Source: Octopus vulgaris (taxonomy: Eukaryota). Taken from it: a stretch of 64,000 nt of DNA. Position 1 is the stretch's first letter. Every line of letters begins with the position of its first letter. Of the stretch, positions 1 to 12,472 are shown in pieces. The notes beneath the pieces were generated by a model, which saw only the letters and a list, made by a program, of their open reading frames with translations, was not told the DNA's origin and did not search any database. The position numbers and the translations under genes are program-made. Location: assembly GCA_951406725.2 (NCBI GenBank), contig OX597814.1, positions 111,538,001 through 111,602,000 of the forward strand. The letters are read 5' to 3'.

Positions 1-404
1 AAGACTGATAGAATAAGTATCAGCTCTAAAAGAATAAGTATTGGGGGTTGATTCATTGAATTAAAATTCTTCAAGGTGGTGCCCCAGCATTGCCACAGTC
101 TAATGGTTGAAATAAAGCGACTTACTGAAGGATACAATGCACTGCCTGGAATTGAACTCATCACCTAAGGATCATGAGCTAAATACTTTAACCTCTAAGC
201 CACATACCTTCACAGCAAAGATTATGCTCCTGCTCACAACACATAAGGATCCTTTCTCACTTCTTCTGTCAAAAATTGTTTGCTGATCCCTAATATTTTT
301 TCCCCCCTTCTAATCATTGTATTTAACCTTAAGGTACATATTTGTGATGTTGGATGTGTTGGAAATAATGAAATGAACCCTATTTTATTATATCAAAATC
401 AAAA

Positions 405-950
405 TCGCTGACATGGCTGATGACAGTGCCTCTGGATTGGCACTTGTGCCAGTGGGACATTAAAAGCACATCTAAGTGTTGGTGTAACCAGCCCACTTAT
501 GAGTACCCCTCATTCATTGGACAATAAACTTTGCTTGCGAAGACCCATTGAGGCAAGTAAAATCAAATCAAATTTGCTGACGTGGCCGATGATAGTACTA
601 CCTGATTGGCACTTTTGCCAGTGGAACATTAAAAGCACATCCGAGCGTGATCGTTGCCAGGACCACGGATTGGGTGGCACGTAAAAAGCACCATTCTAGT
701 GTGGTTGTTGCCAGTGCTGCCGGACTGGCACCTATGCAGGTAGCACGTAGAAAATACCTTTTGAGCGTGGTCATTGCCAGAACCACCTGACTGGCCCTCG
801 TGCCAGTGGCACATAAGGGCATCCAATTGTAGAAACTTTGCCAGACCAGATTGAGCCTGGTTCAGCCTTTTAGTTCATCAGTCCTCAGTCAAACCTTCCA
901 ACCCATGCCAGCATGGAAAGCAGATGTTAAAAGTTGATGACGATGATGAT
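405..950 (+). mobile_element. RTE-type retroposon 3' end with tandem ~60-65 bp modules and a (GAT)n tail
   Basis: Repeated GGCACGTAAAAAGCACC modules, then GGGCATCC...CCAACCCATGCCAGCATGGAAAGC...GATGATGAT; more than 20 related copies in the window. Confidence 0.8.
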
Positions 951-1552
951 TTAATTTAGAAGCCTGTTCCAGATCTTGCATAGCATTGCAATAAATGATA
1001 TTCCTCTGAAGTTTGTTACTCAATGATGATGTTACTATAAACGAACGCACACACACACACTACTAAAAAAAAAAGAAAACAGAAACAAAACAACAAAACC
1101 CAGCAATGGTATCAACAAATATTGACTTTATTTCCAAAGTATTTAGTTACTGGGTAACCTGCTGCAGTTATTTATGTCTTTTTGTAAACATTGGCCAGAG
1201 GTTGTTTAACTGAAAAACTTTTTCTGATCTATTTAGTGTTTTACCAAGCCTTGTCTCAGAGTATTGTACATGTCAAAATGTTTACATATTTTGTTACAAT
1301 TTAGAGAATTTTATCTTTCTCTTTCAGTCTTGAGACTAACTAAAAATAATGCTTCTTTCACTGGGTTCTGTCATTGGGCTACTGCCATGCTGGGGCACCA
1401 TCTTGAAGTTTTTTTTTTATTTAGTCAATAATATCAATCTTAGTCTTTTGTATAGTACTTTATTGGTTTTGGAGGAGGACAAATATTAAATTAGAAAATT
1501 ACTATTTTTAAATCTCACAACGAGAGATATTCAGCAACAGTACTTTGGAGTA

Positions 1553-1920
1553 AAGATTGTTTGCCAACATAACATGGCAGTCCTGGTTTAGGACGAATGT
1601 TGCTGTAATTTAGCCCTAGGAGACATCGTCTCCAGCTGGCTATACGACATGATCTGTGTCCTTATATTTTCAAACAAGGGAATTTGGCAGCGCCACCTCT
1701 AGCTGAACAATTTTTCTGTGTTGATGAAGGGAAATAACCCAGAAATCGCGATACACAGATATTGTTTTGAGCTGAGTGGTGGGTGCTAGATTCTCTTGTT
1801 TGAAAATGTAAGGACACAGATCATGTCGTCTAGCCAGATGGAGATGATGTCTCCTGGGGCTAAATTACAGCAACATTCGTCCTGAACCAGGACTGCCATG
1901 TTATGTTGGCAAACAATCTT
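1553..1920. mobile_element. Fold-back MITE with ~150 bp inverted arms, flanked by TA
   Basis: AAGATTGTTTGCCAACATAACATGGCAGTCCTGG... at the left is the reverse complement of ...CCAGGACTGCCATGTTATGTTGGCAAACAATCTT at the right; TA at 1551-1552 and 1921-1922. Confidence 0.85.
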
Positions 1921-2189
1921 TATGACAAATATTAAACTTGAGTGGGTGTAAAGGGAGTGGAGGGCAACTGAGATGATATAACACTGCTCTTTTGTTTGAC
2001 TCACCAATTCTTTTGCACATCCCATGATTTGTGTGTGTGTTTTAGTAGAGGGAGAAGGGAAACCAGACCCTGTTACCATCAAGGAAATGACCATATTTGG
2101 CATGCAGAAAAGCAGTAGGTAGTTATTCCCTGCAGTCAGTCCAGTGTAAACAATGGATGTTCAAGAAGTGTTAGGGATTACAGGCAGAG

Positions 2190-2615
2190 TAACAGAGAAG
2201 ACAAGCTTCAAACACTGCAGGTGCGAAGGAGTAATAAACCCCAAGAATGCATGGGAAATAGTCTCCCAAATGTATGGACAGCTCTCAAGTTGTACTTGAC
2301 AGTTACTCAGGGGCTTTAATTAGCAATGGGATGGGTGTTCTGAAAATGTAGTAGCCAGAATAAGTATCAGTTGCAAAAAAGTTCAGAGAGCTGTTGACCT
2401 CTGTTGATAACAAAGGTCATCTGCCTCAAAGTGGAGAGTACATACTTTTCTGCTCTTGGCCAAAGGCCCGAAATTTTGTGGGAGGGGGCCATTCGATTAG
2501 ATGGAATCCAGTATGCAACTGCTACTTAATTTATCAACCCCGAAAGGATGAAAGGCAAGAGTATATTGTGTGATGTTTATGTATGAAGTGTGATGCTACA
2601 GGGTAGCAAGACCGT
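2190..2615 (+). pseudogene. Decayed RTE-clade LINE ORF fragment (post-RT region) interrupted by a SINE at ~2445-2560
   Basis: Frameshifted remnants read like LISNG.GCSENVVARI..KKFREL..LLITK..L.V and Y....SVMLQGSKT, typical of RTE ORFs. Confidence 0.6.
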
Positions 2616-2897
2616 GTGGTCTTGGGTCCAGTCCCATGTATGTATGCATGTTTGTATGAATGTGTGTGTGTGTATACCCCTGTCTAGATATCATGTGATG
2701 GTTGTAAACAAGCCATATAAGCGATGTTGTTTCCAGTCGTCAGTGTAAAACCTATTAGGCCAAGGAGAGAAATATTACCTTGCTTGGAAGCAGTTGAGGG
2801 ATGGCAACTGGAAGGGCATCCAGCTGTGGAAAGATCTGCCTCAACAAACTCCGCCTGACCCATGCAAGCTTGAAAAAGTGAAAGTTAAAATGATGAT
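2610..2897 (+). mobile_element. SINE remnant with microsatellite middle and RTE-like GGAAGGGCATCC/(GAT)n tail
   Basis: Same tail seen at ~10830-11250 (-), 21355-21600, 31170-31520, 38450-39140, 46265-46400 and 55600-55960 (-). Confidence 0.7.
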
Positions 2898-3386
2898 TCT
2901 TCTCATCATATGTGGCACAAGGAGCCATCAATTTATGGCTTTTTCCTTTTGATAGCATCTTCTCCATCATTTATAAATGTTTCTGTTTTTATGCCAGCAA
3001 CACTAGTCACATTTTCTATTGTAAACTTTCATTTTAAAGTCCCTCCCACTCACCATGCCAAAGAAGAGGAAATAACAAAGTGGTAACATCAAAACGCTTC
3101 TTCTGTTACATTGTAAGAAATAGAATGAAAACTAAAATTTCTTCCTCACTTCAAATGGATGATTCTTTCTGAAAGAATGTCTGCTATAAATGTTGACATT
3201 AGCAATTATATCTTGTAGTGCATTGTGCTCTTAAGCAAAACACTTCATTCCAAGTTACTCCCGTTGACTTAGCTGTAAATGAGTTTCATTAATAGATGGG
3301 AAGTTAACCCTGCAAAAGACTGGTGTCCCATCCAAGGGGTAGTGTTGTAACCTTAGTCACTTACATATGAAAACCAGGTTAAGTTC

Positions 3387-3471
3387 TGGTATAGTGGTTA
3401 AGAGCACGGGCTACTAACCCCAAGATTCTGAGTTCAATTCCAGGCTGTGACCAGAATAATAATGATAATAA
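3387..3471 (+). mobile_element. tRNA-like head plus (AAT)n of the hammerhead-associated element
   Basis: TAGTGGTTAAGAGCACGGGCTACTAACCCCAAGATTCTGAGTTCAATTCCAGGC; A and B boxes, close to 32371-32437. Confidence 0.75.
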
Positions 3472-3640
3472 TAGAAAAGCAAAAGATGAAGACAGGTGTA
3501 TGAACAAGCAGGTGTATTAGTTTGACACTTGGGGAAAATGAGAAAGTCTTTTACATTTCAAGTCTACGCTCTTCAACAGAAAGGAATACAAGAAAATAAA
3601 CGGAGAAAATAAAAAAAAACTTGTGGATTTAGCGGTCAAG
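3472..3640 (-). mobile_element. Short repeat (family 2) with a hammerhead-like motif at 3548-3583
   Basis: Homologous to 43545-43720; minus strand reads CUUU CUGUUGA A GAGC GUAG ACUU GAAA UG UA AAAG. Confidence 0.6.
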
Positions 3641-3796
3641 TACATATATATATATAGCTTAGCCAAAGAGGTGGCATCATTCGAAAGATAAAGCAATGTA
3701 AAGTGCACTGTGACCAGTGATGTACTCCTTTGCAGACATCTGATAGTCTGGTCGATCATGTGATATATACATTCACATGCATACATGTACATGCCC

Positions 3797-3865
<69 letters not shown>

Positions 3866-4330
3866 ACATGTCTTTTGATGCTATTTATTTTTCATTTTAC
3901 TGTCTTGTTTTTATTTTAACATTTTGTCATTTTATTGGAGGTTTTTTTATTTCATTTTCATTTTAAAAATCACTCATCTCCTAACTCAAGTATTTAAGAA
4001 TATTTTTTTTTACAAAATAACTTGTTGCCTATAGTTTTAATAATCATTGCAAATGAATATTGGGGAAAAGCAGAAATGTCAGAGTCCTACTTATTCACCC
4101 CCACCCCCCAAACTTCATGTGTATGTCGTTAGAAATGAAATATTTAATTATATCGTGTGAATAGCACGGTGGATTGAAGGATTTGGCGAAGTGTTTTCTG
4201 AATATAGTTTTAGTTCCTTGTTTGTGATTTCTCTCCTCTTCTGTCACTAATGTCTTTGGGAAAGGCATGAATACCATTTATCATTTCATCATCATCATTG
4301 TCTAGCTATCATGCTGACATAGGCTGGGCA

Positions 4331-4603
4331 TTATTTACATTTGACAGATATTTGTCCTCATCTTGTTTGTTGTTAACACAACGTTTTGGCTGATACACCC
4401 TCCAGCCTTCATCAGGTGTCTTATAATAATAATATCGAAAAATACCTTAAGAATGAGAACCCAGATTTGGAATTTTCCCAAGACACGTGATGAAGACTGG
4501 AGGGTATATCAGCTGAAATGTTGTATTAACAACAAAGATGAGGACAAATATCCGTCGAATGTAAATAATGTACATAATTCCTCGTCTCTTAAATATAGAA
4601 CTG
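4331..4603. mobile_element. Inverted two-arm element (family 1) with a hammerhead-like motif in each arm; Penelope-like architecture
   Basis: 4331-4422 is the reverse complement of ~4480-4570; 14-bp direct repeat ATAGGCTGGGCATT at 4319-4332 and 4605-4618. Confidence 0.8.
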
Positions 4604-7048
4604 TATAGGCTGGGCATTTTGATAGGGTCCAATGAATCGGATTACTGTCCTGCACCAATGTTAATTTTGGCGTGGTTTGTAGGGTTGGATGATCTTTGCA
4701 ATGCCAATCAGAGTGTACTAGATTTTCTGTTTGTATTTTTTTTATTCCCTTTTTGTTTTTGGTGGCACCAGCTCTAATGAGGTCACCAAGTAACTAACAA
4801 AAACTTGATCTAGTGGAGGTGCAGTATCTAAGGAAGAGGCATTGAGCTAGATGTTGAAAGGCTAAAGTATGCTAGTGGGGGTCAGGAATTGCATAAAATG
4901 TACCCGTGCTGGTGCTATGTAAAGACCCCCCACCCACCAGTACTCTCTATAAAGTGGTTGGTGTTAGGAAGGGCATCCAGCCATAAAGACCATGCCGAAA
5001 CAGACATTTGGAGCCTGGTGCAGCTCCATGTCTTGCCAGCTCCTGTTGAACCATCCAACACATACCAGCATGGAAAGCGGGCTTTAAATGATGATGATGA
5101 TGATGATGAATACACACACATACTGGTGTGGTGAATTAAACAGTAATGGGCAAATTGTTCTAGATGTGTTTGAGATGAGATGTTTGAGGGCTATGGTTGG
5201 TGTGACGCGGATGGCACTCCAGTTTAGATTTTCTTTGCTAAAATACTTCTACTTTCTTTCTTTTTATTCTGATTCTGCACAATGCTAGTTTTTCATTAAA
5301 GGTTAATTTTGCTAGTACAAGTAAATTTGTTATTTTTTTTCATGTTCTTAATAAGTGCATTTTTGTTTATAAAATGTGTGCTCAGAATGCAACTTTGTTG
5401 CACCACATTTCTTTACTAAGCAGGTCAGCTATCTGACTTTTTCAAACTTTGAAAGTAAAGTTCTTCACTCCATTTATAAAACCTTGAAAGTGCCCCCCTT
5501 CAAGATAACCATCTTAGTTCTGTATACAATAGAAGATGTGTTTGTGAGCAGCTTCCATGGGAAAACAGTAAGGAAAATGACCTTGATTTTAATAGCCTAC
5601 TCTTAATATAATTAGCCATTCTAACATTCTTATCTACTCTTCTTTTTAATGGTTTTGAAACGAGGACTTCTCTATGCAGAAAATAATATGTAAAAACAAT
5701 AGCAAGTTTCTTTTGCTCTGCCAGTGCAGAAAATCCTCTCACTCTTCCTCTTATAGAGAGGGCATTGTCTCTGATAAATCACAAGAAAAATATTTTTGCC
5801 TTTTTGTTGTTTCTCAAAGTAGTTTACAAAATAAAAATTAGTCCATGTTGTGTCTCCTGATATACAGACTTAAAGAATGTTTGAAGTCGAGCTTTCCATA
5901 TTCATCTCTTAGCTTATCCAACTGGATAGTAAAAAAAAAAAGAAAAGAAAAGAAAAAATGTTTTTTGAATTCTTGGTATCACTTGTGACTCAGCGTCTAG
6001 GGACATATCTTTTACGGGTTGACTAATAACATTTTTATTTGATATAGGGATAGCAAAAAAAAGTATTTTTCTTGAATTCTTTGTCAGACTGGTTACTTAC
6101 TATTTTACATCATGCTTATAAAATTACTGATTTGGTTAATGTGTGATTTTTGCTACAGTTTCTATAAGAGCACAAACTTGTTTCTTGAGCTTTGTTCAAG
6201 AGTTATAGTCTTGCTCAATTGCTTAGTTTAGTCTTGCAAGTTACTTGATAATCCTGCTGGTGCCATGTGAAAAGCAACCAGTACACTTTGTAAAATGGTT
6301 GGTGTTAGGAAGGGTGTCCAGCCATAGAAACCATTCTAAAACAGACAATTGGGGCTTGGTGCAGGTCTCTGGTTTGCCAGCCCCTGTCAAATGATCCAAC
6401 CTATTCCAGCATGGAAAACAGGTGTTAGATGATGATGTTGGTGTATTTAATCAGTCCTGAGCCTTCTAAAATATTCAACACATTTCTTTAAAGACCTCTT
6501 GACTGTGGGATGGTTTAATTCAGAAAGTATGCAAAGAAATTAAGTTCTTCTAAAAGTCCTTTTGTCCCAGAAATGGATATGCACGTCACCATAATCATTC
6601 AGTATCTTGTAACTTTGAGGTTTCACTGATGTGGCTTCTAATTTTAGAATGATATTGTAGGGTAGGTGTGTGAAGCCAGATCTGGCCAGTTTCAACCTAA
6701 AACAGAATATTTGGGCTGGATACAGTCAGTTTAAATGCTAAAGGGTTAAACAAAGATAATTGCACATTCGAATGAAGATAATCAATAAGACCTTCCCCTC
6801 TCATGCTCTCTCTTACAGTTAGAATAAAGTGGTGAAGACATACTGTATTGTATTGCATATCTTTGAACTGGGTCCAAGTTTATTCCTAAGTTGTACTTTG
6901 CAAAACAACAATGCAATAACCAAATACTTAAAACTATCAATATCTTCAAATTACACCGGGTAACAAGATTTTTTATCCTTGGGTAGCAACTGTTATTTCC
7001 TATTTGGAAATGGCTAATATTTCCTTCAAGCTTTGATTTTATTTATTA

Positions 7049-7723
7049 CTAGCAGTAATACCTGTCGTTCATTGGATAATTACTTTTACTCTTTCTCAGG
7101 AGTCACATTCAAAGTATTATTATATATATTATATATATAACAGATTTCTCAACGGGGATTTCAGGGGAGAGTTTCTGGGAGTCGCTGGCGATGTATTGTG
7201 ATGATCAAAAATCCGGCCTGCTAAAATTTGGTTAAAGTGATTCAAACTGCAGACTCAACGCAAAATGGTCACATTTAATTCAAAGCGTTAAAAATGTTAT
7301 GAAAACAATTGGTATGTGTTCACAAAGTCCAAACGATTAATACGAAAAAACCCTCCAGGCTACATCCCAAAAATTCATTTCTTTGCCGAATTTCTACAAT
7401 GTTTACGGTGATTCGTTTTTATATCTTGATTTTTTATTTTTCATGCAATTTACGCATGCTTGCTCACGTGGTGAACACAGTTCACGTCAAACAGCTGACT
7501 GAGTAAAGTTCACTATTCAATGCATGGGATAAGGCCTAAACAAACACATTATCGATTTTTGCACTTGCGAGATGAATTTCGGAACAGAAATAGCGCAGTT
7601 CAATTTTCATTCACCTAAACTTTAAGTGACCCATCTTTGGTGGTTCTACGATTTGTTGGCTAGGAGGAGATGCGTCGAGAAGTTAAACACACAGACACAC
7701 AAGTTGAGTTTTATATATATAGA
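7049..7723 (-). mobile_element. Probable non-autonomous Helitron
   Basis: Minus strand starts TCTATATATATAAAACTCAAC and ends ...ACAGGTATTACTG-CTAG followed by T; no TIR or TSD; CpG-richer than flanks. Confidence 0.65.
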
Positions 7724-8509
7724 AGTGGGTGAATAAATAGGACTCTGACATTTCTGCTTTCCCCCCCAATATTCATTTGTGATGATTATTAGAACTATAG
7801 ATGCACATACTGTCTGTCTCTGGACATGCTCAAGGGGTTAAGGTCAGGCAACTGACAAGCAAATCTGTGGTATTAAGCAGAATATTTGATATAACGATAT
7901 TTCTGCTTCAGCAACTCTGTGCTGTATCTGTGTGAATTATAATGGAAAATAGGTCAGTTTCAAAACATTGACATCCGGGTCACACAAAGTTTGAAGGGAA
8001 TAGTAGTCATTTCCTTTGATTTCTAGATAAAAGCAAATAGGTTATAACACTTACTGATCGATGACAAACCATCAAAATGATATACATATTTTTTGTTTTT
8101 TTTTACTTAAAAAAAATGTTTTTATATAATTTAGTTTTAGTCATTGCAACTAGTACCATGCTGAAACCTGATCACTATCTTCAGTTAAGTGAAAAAACAG
8201 TTATTTCAGTGTTGTCCAAGCCGTAGAGGACATTGAAAATGAAATCTTTTTGTCAAGCTTAAGCAGAATGATGTTTCTAGTTACAGTGAAACGAGAAAGT
8301 ATCAGATTATATTGGGCAAAAAGGAAAATAAATATCAATTTCATTTATTTATACAGAATTGTTGTAGTTTTGAAGCACTTTGTAGTATTTTTAGTTAGTT
8401 TTTTTCATGTTTTGAGTTCAAAACCTACCAAGGTCTGTTTTGCCTTTCACCCTTTCGGGTCAATAAAAAGAAGTATCAGATCGCTTTGATTAACTAGATT
8501 TCATTTTTT

Positions 8510-8835
8510 CTCAATTAAGGCCTTGGGGCAGTTAAATACAGGACCAAATATTGCAAGAGATCAGGTTTCAAAGACCCACAATGCTTCAATATCCTCCCAA
8601 TAAGCCTGGGAGACATGCAAGGGGTGGATGTAGGTGTCTCCAAACCAAAACTGGATCTTCTGTTAAGAGTTCCAGATGAGCCTACCTTGTGTCGGGGAAT
8701 ATAAATAAGGGCAGCAGCATCAAACTCCCTCATTCATCAAATTTCACATATTAGAATAGATTTTAGATAGTGAAGATGTAACAAGGCTAATGGCAGTGCC
8801 CTAGCATGGTCGCAGCTTTCAAGCTGGAACTAGTT
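8510..8835 (+). pseudogene. CR1-group LINE ORF2 C-terminus and 3' UTR fragment
   Basis: Translates CFNILPISLGDMQGVDVGVSKPKLDLLLRVPDEPTLCRGI*IRAAASNSLIHQ; ends GGCAGTGCCCTAGCATGGTCGCAG. Clade assignment is from memory of such C-termini. Confidence 0.7.
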
Positions 8836-9473
8836 CAAGGGTCCATCATTATCATTTAATGTCTGCCTTCCATGCTGGCATGGGTGGGACGGTTTGACAA
8901 GAGCCAGCCAGGCAGAAGCCTGCACCAGACTTCTGTGACTGTTTTGGCAGGATTTTTACAGCCAGATGCCCTTCCTAACACCAACCACTCAGCAGAGTGG
9001 ACTTAGTGCTTTTTAGGTGGCACAAGCGCAGGCAAGGTCAGTTTTGGCAAGGTTTTCACAGCTGGATGCCCTTCTGAACACCAACCACTTTACAGTGTGA
9101 ACTGGATGCTTGTAAGTGGCTCATATGTAGAAACTGAAGTTACAATAATAAACAGATTAAATTATATGTTGTATTAGGTAAAAAATGTTTTTCCTTTTCA
9201 CTTGAACTGAAAACTTTGTTTTACTAAAGTTTGAGACAAAAAATTTCACTTTGGTCAGTGCTTACTGGATTGCTATTATTAATATCTACGGTATTAAGGA
9301 ATACCAGTCATTGTTTAGAGGAAATAAAGTTAGTGGTAGTAAGCAGAGAATCATTTTATCAGCACTGTTTTAACTCCTGACCAAAAAGTTGGAACTGGAG
9401 AACTATGCAAGTAAGTTTCTATGGAAACAGCTGTGTGTTTCATGTTTGGAAACAAAGGCCTGCATAACATTAG

Positions 9474-9693
9474 CCTTTTAGCATTCAGGTTACTCTGTCA
9501 GATGTTATGCTTATGTAGTAACAGCATTTTGAATTAATCGTGCAATATCTCATAGCTTCAAGATTTCAACGATATGGTTGTTTATTTTTAGAATGACATT
9601 GTAGAGTAGATGTGAGAGGCCTGATGTGGCCAGTTTCGACATAAAACAAGCAGAATACTTGGGCTAGCTATGACTGGTTTGAATGCTAAAGGG
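9474..9693. mobile_element. piggyBac-like MITE, family P1
   Basis: Ends CCTTTTAGCATT...AATGCTAAAGGG-TTAA; relatives at ~6590-6748, 23890-24668 and ~56590-56800. Confidence 0.7.
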
Positions 9694-10384
9694 TTAAAGT
9701 AAAGCTCTTAACTGCTCAGGACTTCTGGTCGAAGGGTCAATGGTTGTACGAGACTTGATTTGAAAAAATATGTAAAGCTATTTCATTAAACATCCACTCT
9801 AACCATGACAAACAATATCAGCTCATTGTTGTTAAGATTTGGATTATAGGGCACCTCTTATTTAAAATTAAAGTATGTTACTTGCCAATAATCCTTTCAC
9901 ACACACTCTCACACACACACACATACACACACACACACACTAATTATAACAAAACAGAAGTGCTCAGTACTGTAACATATTAATTAATTTGGTTGGCTGA
10001 AGCCAATGCTGGCAACTACTGGCAGTTTCCTCACACGAAAGACTTGTGCAATAAAGCTTTTCTCTCATTAGCTGGCTCAAGTCTTGTTGAAATCTCTCAT
10101 TATCACAAGAATAGCATTGGGTTGTCTGTACTTGAGGTAAGGAAAGAAAGTTACTCTCAGAGGGTTGAGTTTGGAAGGGAGGTAATCCAGATCAGACAGC
10201 GAAGGAGTTACAAAGAAATTTAACCTGGTTAGTACTGATTTGATCATTAAGTTAATATAAAGAATTGGGGCTGGTGAGGGTTTAAAATACTGGTATTATT
10301 GCAAGTTCTTTATTCATAGTTTAGTAAATTAGGGTCTATACGAAGCCAGTTTGGGTTGGTATGAGCCTACAGTAATAATAGAAT

Positions 10385-10750
10385 CAGGCGGTTGGATGAA
10401 ACTTACACTCGCCCCCTTATGAGAGCTCAAAATCTCTCGTGGAAGCGTCATCCAACCAAAGTACAAATATATGGGAAATTACCACCTGTATCATCTCTTG
10501 TGAAAGGTAGAAGAGTCCAGTTTGCTAGACATTGTTGTAGAGCTGAAAACGAGGTAATTTCTACTCTTCTCCTCTCGAAGCCATCTGCTTGCAATATCAG
10601 AGGGCGCACACTCTCCTACCCTGATGTAATCTCCAGGGATACAGGCATCCAGCAACAGGACCTCGGTAATGCTATGATGGACCGTGAGGTCTGGCGTAAT
10701 ATAGTAAATTCCATTGTCTCGACCATGGTCGAACAATGATGATGATGATG
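10385..10750 (+). pseudogene. 5'-truncated RTE/RTEX-clade LINE, ORF C-terminus running straight into a (GAT)n tail
   Basis: ORF 10392-10739 LDETYTRPLMRAQNLSWKRHPT...YGKLPPVS...RRVQFARHCCR...DTG...MMDREVWR; the stop TGA is part of the GAT repeat. Confidence 0.85.
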
Positions 10751-11354
10751 AACATTAGCAAGCTAGGAGCTGTTCAATGTATTGATATCGCTGCACTTCT
10801 AAGTTCATAATTAATTAATCATATAAGATCATCATTTAACGTCACTTTTCCACACTTGCGTGGGTTAGACGGAACTCTTTGAGGCAGATTTTCTACAGCT
10901 GGATACCCTTCTTGTCATCAACCCTCACCTGTTTCCAAACAGGGTAAGATTTCCCCTTAGGCACACTTCTTTTCCATTTAAGAGTGGAAGCAACATAACT
11001 TGCATCAGGGTGATGCTTGCTTACAACCATCGCGTGATGCTAAGACAAGGATCACGCACACACACGTTTGCATGCGTGTGTGTAGATACCATGCACGTAT
11101 GACAGGCTTCTTTCAGTTTTCATCTAACAAACTCTCAAGCATTTGGTTGGTCTGGGGCTCTAGTAGTAAACCCGTATTGAAGGTGTTGTGCTGTGGGGTA
11201 GAACCCCAAATCATGTGATTTGAAAGCAAACTTCTTAATCAAACAGCCATGTCAGAAATATTAAACAAGTTTGCTGTTACTTGGCCTCTACCAGGGTTCA
11301 TAGTAATAACCACTGCATTTTTGGATTTGTCTTTTTTTATTTGTTTTTTTACCC

Positions 11355-11712
11355 ATTTCAGTTATTTGACTGTGGCTGTGCTGGGGTAATGCCTTGAATC
11401 AATATTCAAATGAATTGACCCCTGTACTTGTTTTTTTAAAATCCTGGTACTTATTCTCTCAATCTCTTTTATCAAACCCCTAGTTTATGGAGACATAAAC
11501 ACACCAACACCGGTTGTCAAGCAATGGTGGGGGACACACAGACACAGTCACACACGTACATGATGGACTTCTTTCAGTTTCCATCTTCCAGATCTATTCA
11601 CAAAACTTTGGTCGGCCTGACACTATAGTAGAAGGCACTTGGCTAACATGCTCTGAAATGGGACTGAACTGGGAACCATGTGGTTGGGAAGCAAGCTTCT
11701 TACCACATACTT
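11355..11712 (-). mobile_element. tRNA/CORE-like SINE (family S1)
   Basis: Reverse complement of the 20746-21175 type; further minus copies at ~14295-14655, 29075-29420, 30860-31150, 45150-45510 and 49645-50016. Confidence 0.8.
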
Positions 11713-12472
11713 TCCTTCCCCCTTTGTAATTGGTTAGTTAGAAAGAAGGGTAACACCAATACCCTTTCATTGAGCCTTCATATCTAGTTGGAATACCTCA
11801 GACCAGACACCTGTCTGAAATAGACTCCACTAAAGGCACCTTGTGTCATGTAGAGGCGCCCAGGTGACAGACTTCAATCAATCCCCACCCAGTTATTATA
11901 CAGACTGCTTCATGACCTGCCTTAGTTTGTTTTCCTAAAATAATTATATAAAAAACCAAAAAAAGACTATGTACTACTTTCAGAATATATTGTTGATTGG
12001 CTGGCTGCTCAGGTGACAGCTGTATAATAATGGATGTACTACTACTACTACCACAAATTCACATCAAGCCCGTTGCTAATTAAACTGAAGTCGTTATGTA
12101 AGTCACACAATTGAGTCCCATGAAACCAACCAACCAACCAATCCACACATGACAACCACCAACCACCTTGCTGAAGACTATGACCAGAACATACACCACC
12201 AGTGCCATCCATCACCTGCTGCTGCTACTACTGCCACAGGTGCAGCTGTGTGGTAAGAAGTTTGATTCTCAACCACATGGTTCTAGGTTCAGTCCCACTG
12301 TGTGGCACCTTGCACAAGTGTCTACTGTTACAGCCTTGGGCTGATCAAAGCCTTGTGAGTGGATTTGGTAGATGGAAACTGAAAGAAGTCTGTCGTGTGT
12401 GTATATATACAGAAACAGGGTCATTGGCTATCTGAAATAGCAGGATCTATGTAAACACACATTTCTTTGTGT

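Noticed and set aside
9319-9416. Possible extra exon ending at a GTAAGT donor
   Set aside because: Stops in all three frames from the nearest acceptor and no ZNRF similarity.
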